From: Schizochytrium sp. TIO01
Taxonomy: Eukaryota > Protista > Bigyra: Labyrinthulomycetes
DNA length: 64,000 nucleotides
Assembly (NCBI GenBank): GCA_004764695.1
Contig: SMSO01000037.1
Coordinates: 2,084,747-2,148,746, forward strand
Reading direction: 5' to 3'
Position numbers and translations under genes: made by a program. The notes under the pieces were generated by a model. That model saw only the letters and a program-made list of their open reading frames with translations. It was not told where the DNA came from and ran no database searches. This document shows positions 48,375 to 59,048 of this stretch, piece by piece (position 1 is the first letter of the stretch; each line of letters begins with the position of its first letter).

Positions 48375-51300
48375 ATGGACGCTGATTCTCTGCGACGCTT
48401 TGAAGAGGCATGTGATTGGCTCGCGAGGGGTGATAACGCCTCAAAGCACAAGGCGGAGGCAGTTCTCCTAGACTTTAGGAAGCAACCTGGTTCTATTGAC
48501 GCTGCGCAGCACATCGTAGCCAGCTCCGGTCACGTCTTTGTGCAGTTCCAAGCAGCATTGGTGCTACGTTACGCCGCGTTGGAGCAATGGACTTCGCTCT
48601 CTCCAGCCGACCGTGTGAACCTCCGCCGCAATGTACTTGTTTCTCTCGTGCAGCGGTGTGATTCTCTCCACAGGACTGTTCAAATGCAGCTCCTCCAGGC
48701 CCTTGCTGTCATGTGGAAGCGCGGCTGGCTTGACGATAGGGTTGATGCTGACCTTGCCATGGCAAAGAACGAGCTTTTTGAGACCATTCGTGGCCTCCTC
48801 GACCTACACAACGCCAACAACAACGTAAACAATGTCAACGCAAACAATGCTAATGTGAAAACCAACGTAAGCAGGGCAGTGGTGGGGCTGAGACTTTTGG
48901 AGGCGCTCGTGGAGGAGTTCTCATCGAGCAAAGCGTCTGCGCTAGGGCTTTCGCTTGCATTTCACAGGGAGTGCCACGAAAGCTTTGAACAAGCTGGTCT
49001 TCGAGAAGCATTCTCATTGGCAGCAGACTTGCTGCGACAACTTGTGGGTGAAGCAGGAGCAGCTTTGCAGGCTGGAGGAGCATCTGAAGAGATCGTCAAG
49101 AGCGGCTTGGCACTTATGGAGGCATGCCTTGCGTGGGACTTTCACTGTGGTGATAAAGCGTCGAAATCGAATATTGCAAATCGAACATTTCAGGTTGAAA
49201 TGGCTCTTGCTCGAGGCAAAGATAATGCAGAGGCTCGCGGACCTGCAACTATCAGACCCGGCGTGAGCTGGAGACCCGTGATTGTGGAAAACAACCTCCT
49301 CCAAACACTTTTCCGACTCTACGCAGCAACAAGAAACGCGTCAGTTGGCAACGCCGGAGCTGGCGAAGATGTAGCGTACCTGATCCGGCAATTGCTCATT
49401 GTGTTGGCATCGCTCAACGGGGAGATATTCGAAAGTGACAATCAACGCGGGGAATATGTTGCAACAATCCTCAGAGGATCGCTCTTTGGAGTTATTGCAG
49501 AACCGCTCGTACCGGTGCACGTTGCAGCTGGGCTTTCGCAAACATTTGCTTCAACAGCAGTAGACTCCAAAGAAGCGCTCTGTGCTGCCGGAGGCGCAGA
49601 ATATTTGGATATGTGTGCCCTTCTTGCGAAGCTCGCGTCGAATTTTCAGGTGGAGGACTTCCTCGCGAGCAACTCGAGCCAAGACTTTACTCAAATTCTC
49701 AGTGCTCTCCTGCAGCTGTCGAGGAGCATTCTCGAAGGAGCAGCACGCAACGCGGCAGCACCGGGAGAAGGCATAAACAATGGAGAAGTTATGGGCAGAA
49801 CACACGACGAGGACGATGATATTGACAACTCGTGGTTAATGGAGGCATTTGGAAGCCTTTTAGAGACGTGGGCTGTTTTTGTATCATGGGCAGAATCCCA
49901 AGCCCGCCAGAGCAGTGATTCACCCCTTAGCCAACTCGAAATTGAGGCGTGCCGCCTGATTTGCGGTGCCGCTGCAGAGCTCTACCAAGTGTACCTCGAA
50001 CGCCGCCTCGCAATGGCACGGGCGTCAATTGAGCGTGAAGCTTTTGAGACATTTGATGAAGAGTTCAACGAGGACCAATCGGCTCTAGATGATCACCTTC
50101 AAATGGTATCTGCTCTCGGGCGAGCCGATGTTACCAAGTCCATGGCCGTGAACACGGCTGCTTTACAGGGCCTCTTCGCGGAGCTTCGTTCATGTGCGTC
50201 TCAGAGTTGGTCAGAGGAAAACTCTATGCAGTGTAGCAAGATTGCTGAGCAGCTATTTTGGGTAGTTCTTCTAGCATCCTTCCTACTCGCGGACCCTGCT
50301 GACGGCGAGCGGCCTATGATTCCCACCTGCATCATTGCAGCCTCGAGCCAGTTTTGTGCACAAGCTGCGCAACAAGACGGATCCATAACGCCTCAAGCTG
50401 CCGCGGAGGACCCTTGCGTGAAACTTTCCCAAAGCATGTTGCAGCTCCTTGAGTTTGAAGCTGAGCGAGTTCGGGCCACTGCTGGGCAGGACGAGCGTAT
50501 CAGCCCTCTACTTTCAAGCAAACTTCTCGCTGGTGTTACTCGCTGGTCGATGACGTATTTACTTCCCGAGCGTGCGTTGTACATGAAATCTGCCAGGGTC
50601 CGCGATGGCTTGCCGAGATCTATCGACATGTCTTTTGCGCAATTTGAGAAGGCTGGTGAAATTATTGACTTCCTTGTCAAGTGTGCCACGTACTACGTGT
50701 CCAACTGGGGGACAGAAACTACCGTAAATCCGGAAGCTCTCAACCTACTCCGTGCTATTGTAGACAACCCAGCATCTCGTACTTTGCTGCAACGCATGTC
50801 GAGTTGGAGCTCATTGTGCGAAGCACATGTGCATTCGGTACGTGACTCGAACTGGTCTCCTCTCAATGGACTCACTGTACGCGGCCAAGGCACGCTCTTG
50901 CAGATTCTGCTCATGAGCCTCGAAATGGGCAATGAAGCAAACCAAGAGCGCCGCGCACGGGCCCAAGGTCTCTTTACGCAACTTGTCGAACCGGTTCAAC
51001 AACGTCTTGATTCTCTGGCTACTCGTCTTGTCACCGATGCACAGCGTACTACGGGCCGTGAAAAGATCAGCTCGGTTTTAGCAGACCCGCATTTTCTTCA
51101 GGACTTGCAACGCGTTATGAGCATGTATCTTGGTATTGTCCAAGCGTCCAGTTTCGGGCCTTTGGCAGCTTGGTGTCGTGATGTTGCTCTCGGAGCTCTT
51201 TCCTCTCGCTGGACTGAAGTTGCTATGGCTGCTTTGACTTTTATAAAACGCGATGGCCTAAGGTCTGCTTCAAGTGGTAGTGCGCGGATTGTTATCTCAG

Positions 51301-52226
51301 AGGTACTGGAGCTTATCGAGATGTACATGGATGCTCAGCTTGGTGCTACCCCAGGTCCGCAATTGGGCATGGCTTTTGAAGCTGCAGACCGTGCGCTGCA
51401 AGTCTTTGCGGAGTTCCAGCGCCATTTGGCGGCAAACCCAGGCCAGATGCCAGCTGGCGAGGAGGAGACCTGGTGCCAAGATGTACTACGCCTTATGCGG
51501 GTCCTTCGCAACATCACTATCCGTGATCAACTTGATTTTAGTGATGACTCTGCAAATGATGGTGGTACCCAGGGACCTCAGCCTGTTCAGGTTGTTCTGC
51601 GTGGTGTACAGCTGGTATTTCCACTAGTGACTCGTGAGCTTCTTCAGTATCCAGGAATTGCCGAGGAGTTCTTTACCCTCTTGAAGAGCCTCATTGACGC
51701 TTATCCGTCTGAGTTTGCCTCTCTGAGCCGCGAGATGTTTAGTCCAGTTCTCAGTGCTCTCGAATTCGGAATGGTTGACCACCGGATCACTGTTTCTAGG
51801 AACTCTTTCGAGGCAATCACTTGTCTTGCCGAGTTTCATACGGAGCAAGCCAGCAAAGGTCAACCGGGCCTCGGCCAAAATCTTCGCCCTAACGGGCCAG
51901 GTACGCCCTCTATCCTCTTGCATTTGCTTCAACAGGTGTTTAATTTCATCGTCTTCCAAACGTTTGACTCGAGCTTGCTGAATCCTGCAGCCAACGCTAT
52001 GTTCTCATTGATTGCATCGGAGAAAGAAAGTTTTGGCCCCATGGTTGAGCAAATTATTGCTAGTCAAGATGACCCTGCGATGCGCGAAAGGCTGTCTCGT
52101 GCATTCACTGGACTTGTGCAGAACAACGATGTACAGCTTCGTCTTGACCGAATTAATCGTAGTCGCTTTCAACGCAATGTAGTGGAGTTCGTCAACGAGG
52201 TTCGTGGTTTCATGCGAAAGAAGTAG
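48375..52226 (+). CDS. XPO4: Exportin-4 (importin-beta/karyopherin family)
   Basis: CACCATG start at 48375. IBN_N-like N-terminus (AEAVLLDFRK...FVQFQAA), PGVSWRPVIV, LLQYPGIAEEFFTLL and C-terminal DRINRSRFQRNVVEFVNEVRGF are typical of exportin-4. Confidence 0.85.
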   Translation: MDADSLRRFEEACDWLARGDNASKHKAEAVLLDFRKQPGSIDAAQHIVASSGHVFVQFQAALVLRYAALEQWTSLSPADRVNLRRNVLVSLVQRCDSLHRTVQMQLLQALAVMWKRGWLDDRVDADLAMAKNELFETIRGLLDLHNANNNVNNVNANNANVKTNVSRAVVGLRLLEALVEEFSSSKASALGLSLAFHRECHESFEQAGLREAFSLAADLLRQLVGEAGAALQAGGASEEIVKSGLALMEACLAWDFHCGDKASKSNIANRTFQVEMALARGKDNAEARGPATIRPGVSWRPVIVENNLLQTLFRLYAATRNASVGNAGAGEDVAYLIRQLLIVLASLNGEIFESDNQRGEYVATILRGSLFGVIAEPLVPVHVAAGLSQTFASTAVDSKEALCAAGGAEYLDMCALLAKLASNFQVEDFLASNSSQDFTQILSALLQLSRSILEGAARNAAAPGEGINNGEVMGRTHDEDDDIDNSWLMEAFGSLLETWAVFVSWAESQARQSSDSPLSQLEIEACRLICGAAAELYQVYLERRLAMARASIEREAFETFDEEFNEDQSALDDHLQMVSALGRADVTKSMAVNTAALQGLFAELRSCASQSWSEENSMQCSKIAEQLFWVVLLASFLLADPADGERPMIPTCIIAASSQFCAQAAQQDGSITPQAAAEDPCVKLSQSMLQLLEFEAERVRATAGQDERISPLLSSKLLAGVTRWSMTYLLPERALYMKSARVRDGLPRSIDMSFAQFEKAGEIIDFLVKCATYYVSNWGTETTVNPEALNLLRAIVDNPASRTLLQRMSSWSSLCEAHVHSVRDSNWSPLNGLTVRGQGTLLQILLMSLEMGNEANQERRARAQGLFTQLVEPVQQRLDSLATRLVTDAQRTTGREKISSVLADPHFLQDLQRVMSMYLGIVQASSFGPLAAWCRDVALGALSSRWTEVAMAALTFIKRDGLRSASSGSARIVISEVLELIEMYMDAQLGATPGPQLGMAFEAADRALQVFAEFQRHLAANPGQMPAGEEETWCQDVLRLMRVLRNITIRDQLDFSDDSANDGGTQGPQPVQVVLRGVQLVFPLVTRELLQYPGIAEEFFTLLKSLIDAYPSEFASLSREMFSPVLSALEFGMVDHRITVSRNSFEAITCLAEFHTEQASKGQPGLGQNLRPNGPGTPSILLHLLQQVFNFIVFQTFDSSLLNPAANAMFSLIASEKESFGPMVEQIIASQDDPAMRERLSRAFTGLVQNNDVQLRLDRINRSRFQRNVVEFVNEVRGFMRKK

Positions 52227-53094
52227 AGATATCAACTTCTGTAGTCCCATTTATGCCTACTCACTTTTATTATATGCTTCTTTGTGTTGTGATTTTCAAA
52301 TTTAAAAAGCATGGGTGTTTCATGGCAATGTGGAATAGAACCCAAGTTGCTACTATATGTTTCATTCCTCTCGGGACTGTCTCGTTTCTCCATCTCGTAT
52401 ACATAACCCCAAACAGAAGATACATTAAAACTCTTTTGTTAAATGCATCTTTTCAACGCCTTCTGATAGACTAAAATTCTTTAAACAAATAAAAAAGAGA
52501 AAATGATTCTTTTGGTTCTTAGAATTGGAAAATCCGTGTCTATAATTCATACAACATGCGTGCCATCCCCTTTCTAAAATACTAGATATCAATATAGTCA
52601 GAACAAGTGTTCACCAAGGTGACAATCAAATCAAAAGAGAGCTCACCCTTTTTTAAAATACTTATTCTTGCTTCTGCATAGCACAAATCTTGTCGAGTTC
52701 TAACAGATCCTTGTCATCTCGACTAGTTCAAGTTGTCACCAGAATCAACCATTATATATAGTTAATAGTATCTATAGTAGTAGTGAGAAAAATATTGCGT
52801 TGCGCAAGCGACTGGCCGTGGTGACTATGTAAAGGATTATGGTTAGTTCACTTATAGACGTAATTTGTTGCACTTACAGATACTTATTTGTTTCACTTGC
52901 AGGGACCAGTTTGTTTCACTTGCTGATGCTTGCTTTGTTCACTGGTTTGGTGGTCTGGTGCTCAAGGTCTCAAGAGGTGAGGTCTCGAACGTGCAAAACT
53001 GTCTGTCAGGATTGGTCTGTGGAGAGAAAGTGGGGACCGAGGAGCGTGTGGACACAGTGCTAAAGCCTTAGTGTAGACGCTGGTGGAGGTCTCG

Positions 53095-54564
53095 ATGGCA
53101 GAGTTCACAAAGGGCGCCATGGCGGAGGGCCATGACGTCGAGGTCAATAAAAACCTCGAAGTTGAGGAGAACAACTCTACATATGACGAGAAAATCGATA
53201 ACTCTCAAGATCAGGATGCTTCTGAGGTCAGCAAAGCCGAAGACGAAGGCGATGAAGTAGATGAAAATGACAATGAGGAAGGAGACGAGGAAGATGAAGA
53301 TGACGAGGAAGATGATGAAGACGAAGACGAGGAAGACGAAGAAGACGATGATGATGATCTCGAGGTCGAGCTTGGCTTCTTCGAGTCTGATGTGGAGGAA
53401 GAAGATGAGGATGGAGATGATGACAAGAGTGAAGATGACGGTCAGCCCCTAATTTTGCACGAAGATGGCAACTGGCTCCGATGGGATGACGGCATGGCAG
53501 GTGGAGAAGGTCCCAACTGGCTCGTGGAGGGTGCTCAACAAAATGTCAAGGTCGAAGATCTTGCTTGCCCATGCTGCAAAGATCCAATGTCCTTCTTTTT
53601 ACAGGTGTATGCGCCCCTGGATGGTGAGAACTTTGAGCATGCCTACCATCGCACATTGTATGTTTTTGTATGTCGTAAGCCAGACTGCAAAGCACCCGCC
53701 AAGGTATATCGAGCGCAGCTGCCGATTGTGAATGATTTCTACGCTGAGGATTGTGGTGACGAAGACGAAGAGGTCGACATTAAGGTCCCCCGTGCGAACC
53801 CTCCGAACGGTGGTCTAGAGCTTGGGCCCTCTTTCGCGATGCGCAAGCGCATTGTAACAGAGCCTGAGCCGAAGAAGGGAGCCCCGAAATGTGGCTACTG
53901 TGGACGTGGCGCTACTGCAAAGTGCGTTGCGTGCAAGAGCGTATACTATTGCTGCCGTGAACATCAAAAGAAACATTGGAAAACGCACAAGGCAACGTGT
54001 AAGATTCTGCGTAACATGCCTGCACACTTGCGTCCCGATAGCGATGACGCGGCGGCAAACAACAGCAACAAGGCTGAAGCCGAGCAAGACCCGGATGAGA
54101 TCTATGGGCGTGCTGGCGACGATGACCCCAAACTCACGCAACGTGCCCTGGCAAGTATTGCTGCGGGCAAAAACTCCCAGATGCGCAAAAAGATGCACGC
54201 CTATGATAAGACTTTCGAGTCTTTCCAGGAGCGCGTCGGGCGCGACCCTACACAATGCATTCGCTACTGCCGGTGGCCTGCTACGAATGCCCGCGGTGCC
54301 CCTCTATGGCTTTCATCGCGCGACCGCTGCACAGATATTCCAGTGTGTGAGCACTGTGGCGCCCAGCGCAAATTTGAGCTGCAGGTTCTCCCTCAATCTC
54401 TTCATTTCCTGCGTGACCTTGATATGGATTTTGGCACTATCTGCATTTACACATGCTCCAACAGCTGTAAACTTGATAGCCCTGAATCCCTTTCGCCTGA
54501 ATTTGCGTTCGTACAGCACCCCGATGCCCATTGCTTGCTGAACGACGATGGCGATGAAGAATAA
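53095..54564 (+). CDS. PDCD2: PDCD2/TSR4-family protein with MYND zinc finger and acidic N-terminus
   Basis: N-domain CPCCKDPMSFFLQVYAPL...YHRTLYVFVC; MYND finger CGYC..CVAC..YCCREHQKKHWKTHKATC; PDCD2_C region QCIRY, CEHCGAQRKFELQVLPQ, MDFGTICIYTCSNSC. Confidence 0.9.
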   Translation: MAEFTKGAMAEGHDVEVNKNLEVEENNSTYDEKIDNSQDQDASEVSKAEDEGDEVDENDNEEGDEEDEDDEEDDEDEDEEDEEDDDDDLEVELGFFESDVEEEDEDGDDDKSEDDGQPLILHEDGNWLRWDDGMAGGEGPNWLVEGAQQNVKVEDLACPCCKDPMSFFLQVYAPLDGENFEHAYHRTLYVFVCRKPDCKAPAKVYRAQLPIVNDFYAEDCGDEDEEVDIKVPRANPPNGGLELGPSFAMRKRIVTEPEPKKGAPKCGYCGRGATAKCVACKSVYYCCREHQKKHWKTHKATCKILRNMPAHLRPDSDDAAANNSNKAEAEQDPDEIYGRAGDDDPKLTQRALASIAAGKNSQMRKKMHAYDKTFESFQERVGRDPTQCIRYCRWPATNARGAPLWLSSRDRCTDIPVCEHCGAQRKFELQVLPQSLHFLRDLDMDFGTICIYTCSNSCKLDSPESLSPEFAFVQHPDAHCLLNDDGDEE

Positions 54565-55155
54565 CTACATCTTTCAGCCCTATTTTTACACAAGAGAAGA
54601 TAGACAACACGCCCAAGTCAAACTCCAAAGGCGAGCACTCGTGCCGTATTAATGCTCAGTCATCCACCCACCTATCCAAGCACATCCATTTTTATTCCCA
54701 AGAAGCCCTTCGCAATGAGCATGGGAACCAGGATACCACTCAAATACCAGACCCAGTGTAGTCTCCCTATTAAACCTTTATTAACTAATTCCTAGGTCCC
54801 CAATTAAGAGTTAGGAAGCATACTAATCTACTGTAGTAACCTTATTCTACCACATCCAAGAAAGAAAAAAGAAAGCGAGAGAGAGAGAGAAAAAGAACAT
54901 ATTCTCAACGGTCAAAATGGTCTCTTTCGACGGGCTCGCAGGGGACAGTAGTATCAAAGTAGCAGTAGCATAAGCAACAAGAACTCGGTGCGGAAACTTT
55001 GGGTTGCTGATACGGCTGTTGCCTGGCTGGGCTGCTGTTCAAGACAGTGCCGTAGTTCTGCACAGACCTCGAGGGCGCTTTCGCTGCACTGCTTGGTGCC
55101 GCTGTACCTGTCTGGCGGGGAATTGAATCTAGTCTTGTCAGAACTGTAGGACATC

Positions 55156-58100
55156 ATGGATGAGCCCACGCGGAGTCGCTCAAAAAGAGCTTCTTCTTCA
55201 GCTTCTTCAAGATCAAAGGTGGAACGTCGTGAACAGCGCAAAGCATCGTCTTCAATATCAAAATCAGGCAAGGGAAATAGCGACATTGCGTTGTCTCGAT
55301 CGCCATCGTCTAAACAAAGAAGTTCATCGAGCCTTCGAAAGAAACGCACAGCCGCAGCAACAAACTCAGCTGACTCTGACTCCGACGACGCTATTCTCCT
55401 GGGAAAGAAACACAGTACTATTAGTAAGAAAACTAGATCTCATTCAAAATCCTCTAGAAACAGCAACAAAAGTAACCATCGTAGATCTCGAGCAACCTCG
55501 TTTTCCTCAACAACTTCTTCCGCGGCAGATGGAACTCCTAATGAAAATGAGGGGCGGTCCCGTCGCCGCTCACGCCGAGACCCCCTTGACGATGACAAAG
55601 ACAACAAGGATGGCAACAGCAAGGAAGCTTTGCACCCTTTGTTGTCTTCTTCATCAAAACATCGCAGTCGAAGCCGCAAACGAAGTAATCGGGATACTTC
55701 ACTGAGGAAACTCAGTTTTGCAGACGATGACCAAAACACCGAAGATGCAACGGAACTTGAATTATCCAAAGACCGAAGTCGGCGTCGAAGCCGAAGCCAG
55801 TCCACAGGCAAACAACATAGACATCGTGAGGACAAAAAAGACCAGTCTTCTAGAAATCTTACACCAAGCCGTAAATCCTCCCTGGCGTCAAGCAAAGGTC
55901 GAGGCGAATCCTCCCATACAAAAGATTCAAAACGGCGTAGTTCCTCGTCAAAGCGAAGATCATTGTCAGCAGGTAATGACAATCTTGAATTAGAATCAGT
56001 CATTTCAGATGATTCGAATGATTCTGATATTCTTGAACAGACCCCAAAACGTCGCTATGGAACGTTGCCTCGCTTGATAGACTTTAGTTTGTCGAATAGC
56101 ATAGAAAAACTTTCACAAGAAGCCTTTTGGTACTGTTTGACATCCCGACTCACAGGGGCTTGTATTGAGAGTTTCACAGGAGCAGGCTACAAGTCTTCAA
56201 CGGCACCTCAAACCTCAGAGTTTGATGATGAGAGGCTTGCACAGCGCAGGAAGCAAGCCCTTGCAGGGCTACCAGCTGATGCCATCATTCAGGTACGTAT
56301 CCTTGCTGCCGAAAATCTCCCTACGTGGCATTCAAGCAAAGTCAGGGCTGTTGTTCGTGTTAGTATTGTCAATGCTAGTACCGGCGAATATTTTGCAAAG
56401 CGTAAAAGAAATCAAGATAGTGTGAATGAACACGAGCGAGGGTCCCGCGTGAAAGCACTGAGGGATGCGCGAGGTGCCATACATTTGTCGTGGGAATCAA
56501 CTAAATGTGCAAAGTTGTGCCAGCAAATAACAGATCCAGTTTGTATCTCTGTAGATAGTGGTGCAGATAGCCAATCTTTGAGATGGGATGGACATGCACC
56601 CTTGTTGTTTAATGTATCTGCAAAACATGTTTTAGATCCGAACGCCATGATCTTCTTTGAGATTCTGGAATTTGGCCCTCATCTCGACCGGCACCTTTTG
56701 CGACGTGGTGAAGGCTTCCGTCGTGTAGCTTGGGCATTTCTTAAGATCATGAGTGCTACAGGTGCATCGAACATTAATCTAGATATGACCCACGAAGCAT
56801 CTGGTCCCGAAACAACCAATACAAAGAATGAGTATCCAACACCTCGCGCTGCACATGGAGCCACACCATTTGAGACACGTTTACAGATCTATGAATTCCC
56901 ACCAGAATCGTGGGCGCACCGGGCAGTTGAAGCTCATTTTGAACGGGGCCGTGTACAAGGTGCTGGCCCACGCGTGTACAATGCTTACCGTTTCAAAGAC
57001 CGGCGTCGTATTCCAGGGCATCTGAGTGTGCGCGTAGGAGTTTGTCAACGACCAGAGCGCTCGTCTGTGCATGGACGCCCAAAACATGCATTGGAAACAG
57101 AACGTACAAGCGAGCTTCCCATAGCGGAGTTCCTGGCGGGTCGTGTAGTGGACCCAACTGGCGAGACTGGCCAGTTAAGCTCAACGCAGCTGGGCATTGG
57201 TCAAACTGCAGCAATGCTGTCTGCACGAAGGCATCGAATGAAGATGGAGCCCTGCATTGTCCCAACATCACTCGTGGCAAGACTCGAAACTGGTTTCGGA
57301 GGTTGTTTACATGTTCAGTTTTCACCTGATGGTCAATATTTGGCAGCAGCTTGTCAAGACGGAGTGTCGTCCTTTCCTATCCGCATTTTTAATGTATCCT
57401 CAATGAAGCTTTCGTACACACTTCTTGGACATCAATCCTTAATATACGAGCTTGCTTGGCAAAAATCTGCTGAGGAGGATGATCCATCGGCATTAATCAT
57501 GGCTTCTGCATCAGCTGATGGGACAGTGCGTGTATGGGCCATTCCAAACCTAAATGATGCGTGTGGACATTTCATGTCGTCTCGTGAGAACAGCGAGGAC
57601 GAGGATGGGTCGATCGATAATTCAGACGACGAGCTCCTTGGTGCAAATTCAAATATGTCTAAAAAGAGCCGAACAAAGCATCAACGAATGCAACGACGAG
57701 GTGTGAGACTCACAGATGCAAAGTGTTTGCATGTTTTGCGTCATACGGCTGCTTCATTTGTATATTGTGTGAGATTCCATCCTAGCTCAAGAAGGCCGGG
57801 TATCATTGCATCGGGATGTTATGATGGCTTTGTTCGACTTTGGGATGCAAGCAATGGAACTCTTCTAGGTAAACTCGATCGTGGTAGGGTGCATCACAAG
57901 TCTCATGTTAATGCTTTGTGTTTCACAAATGACGGCAACCGTATTATATCTGGTGATGGTGAAGGTGTTGTCAATGTGTGGCGGCTTGAAACAGGTCGCC
58001 ATGCAGCGAACCCCGATGCATGGCACCTGGCAAGGAGAATAGACGAAGCTGATTTGCGAGGTAAGGCCATTACTTCCGTGGAGGTGCATCCTTTTGAGCG

Positions 58101-58875
58101 ACTGCTTCTGGTGTCTGCACAGCAGAACGTGATTCGTCTTTTTGAACTGCGTAGGTATGCTCGTGTACATGAAGGTTTTATTGGGGCTCCTGTCACTCAG
58201 AGCTTAGTGCGTGCAAACTTTTCACCTGATGGACAATACGTGCTTTCAGGGGCAGAAGATGGTAAGCCACATTTATGGAGTACTCATTCGGGAGCCCACT
58301 TGGCCAGCAAGACATGGCGGTATGGTTTCCCTAAGCCTCTTTGCTCGGCGGCATGGCATCCGTATGAGCATTTGGTTGCATTCTGTGCGTACAATGGACG
58401 TTTTCCAGTCCTTATGTATGAAGCACTTCGTGAGACGCGTGATGTAAATGCTGCACCAGTAAAGAAGAGCTTATATCTTCCCGACGAAGATGGGGAAATT
58501 GTAGGCGAGGCAAGGGAATATGATCCCGAACGTTTGAGATCCGTATCTGACACGGCTGCAACAGTTTTGTCTGCTATACGCGAAGAGCGCACACGTCGAT
58601 TGTCTGCTAAGCTTGATGCTCTGGACCTTTCTGATGATGAGAATACTCGAGAGAATGGCATGCCTGCTCGTCCTGTAGCTCAGCTGAAGGGGATTGATGC
58701 ACTTCGTGAGCGATTTATGCAGCGCCGTCTTGAGGCGCACGAACAACAGGAAGGCGTGAATGATCGCCAGAGGTATCAAAGTCAGTCTACTAGAAATAGT
58801 CGTCGCGCTTCCACAAATCAAGACTCTTCATCCTCAGATGATGAGGAATCCAAAACCTCTGGCGAGTCTGTTTAA
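55156..58875 (+). CDS. AHI1: Jouberin (AHI1) homolog: C2-like domain + WD40 propeller, ciliary transition zone
   Basis: MIFFEILEF...GFRRVAWAFLKIMSATGASNIN...RLQIY matches the AHI1 C2 region. WD40 repeats include GCLHVQFSPDGQYLAAAC, GHQSLIYELAW, ASASADGTVRVW and FVYCVRFHP...SGCYDGFVRLW. Confidence 0.88.
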   Translation: MDEPTRSRSKRASSSASSRSKVERREQRKASSSISKSGKGNSDIALSRSPSSKQRSSSSLRKKRTAAATNSADSDSDDAILLGKKHSTISKKTRSHSKSSRNSNKSNHRRSRATSFSSTTSSAADGTPNENEGRSRRRSRRDPLDDDKDNKDGNSKEALHPLLSSSSKHRSRSRKRSNRDTSLRKLSFADDDQNTEDATELELSKDRSRRRSRSQSTGKQHRHREDKKDQSSRNLTPSRKSSLASSKGRGESSHTKDSKRRSSSSKRRSLSAGNDNLELESVISDDSNDSDILEQTPKRRYGTLPRLIDFSLSNSIEKLSQEAFWYCLTSRLTGACIESFTGAGYKSSTAPQTSEFDDERLAQRRKQALAGLPADAIIQVRILAAENLPTWHSSKVRAVVRVSIVNASTGEYFAKRKRNQDSVNEHERGSRVKALRDARGAIHLSWESTKCAKLCQQITDPVCISVDSGADSQSLRWDGHAPLLFNVSAKHVLDPNAMIFFEILEFGPHLDRHLLRRGEGFRRVAWAFLKIMSATGASNINLDMTHEASGPETTNTKNEYPTPRAAHGATPFETRLQIYEFPPESWAHRAVEAHFERGRVQGAGPRVYNAYRFKDRRRIPGHLSVRVGVCQRPERSSVHGRPKHALETERTSELPIAEFLAGRVVDPTGETGQLSSTQLGIGQTAAMLSARRHRMKMEPCIVPTSLVARLETGFGGCLHVQFSPDGQYLAAACQDGVSSFPIRIFNVSSMKLSYTLLGHQSLIYELAWQKSAEEDDPSALIMASASADGTVRVWAIPNLNDACGHFMSSRENSEDEDGSIDNSDDELLGANSNMSKKSRTKHQRMQRRGVRLTDAKCLHVLRHTAASFVYCVRFHPSSRRPGIIASGCYDGFVRLWDASNGTLLGKLDRGRVHHKSHVNALCFTNDGNRIISGDGEGVVNVWRLETGRHAANPDAWHLARRIDEADLRGKAITSVEVHPFERLLLVSAQQNVIRLFELRRYARVHEGFIGAPVTQSLVRANFSPDGQYVLSGAEDGKPHLWSTHSGAHLASKTWRYGFPKPLCSAAWHPYEHLVAFCAYNGRFPVLMYEALRETRDVNAAPVKKSLYLPDEDGEIVGEAREYDPERLRSVSDTAATVLSAIREERTRRLSAKLDALDLSDDENTRENGMPARPVAQLKGIDALRERFMQRRLEAHEQQEGVNDRQRYQSQSTRNSRRASTNQDSSSSDDEESKTSGESV

Positions 58876-59048
58876 GAGGGAACTATTTAAAGCCGTAACA
58901 CTATCAAGCAGCATAGTTTTGATGTTGTTGTCAGAGTTGTTAATTCTGGAAATAAAGACGTTGCTTTGCTATAAAAATCAGAATCTAGTTTAATTCCTTA
59001 AGACACGAGAACTTTATTTCTTTACGTTACACAGCTCTGGCGATCCAA

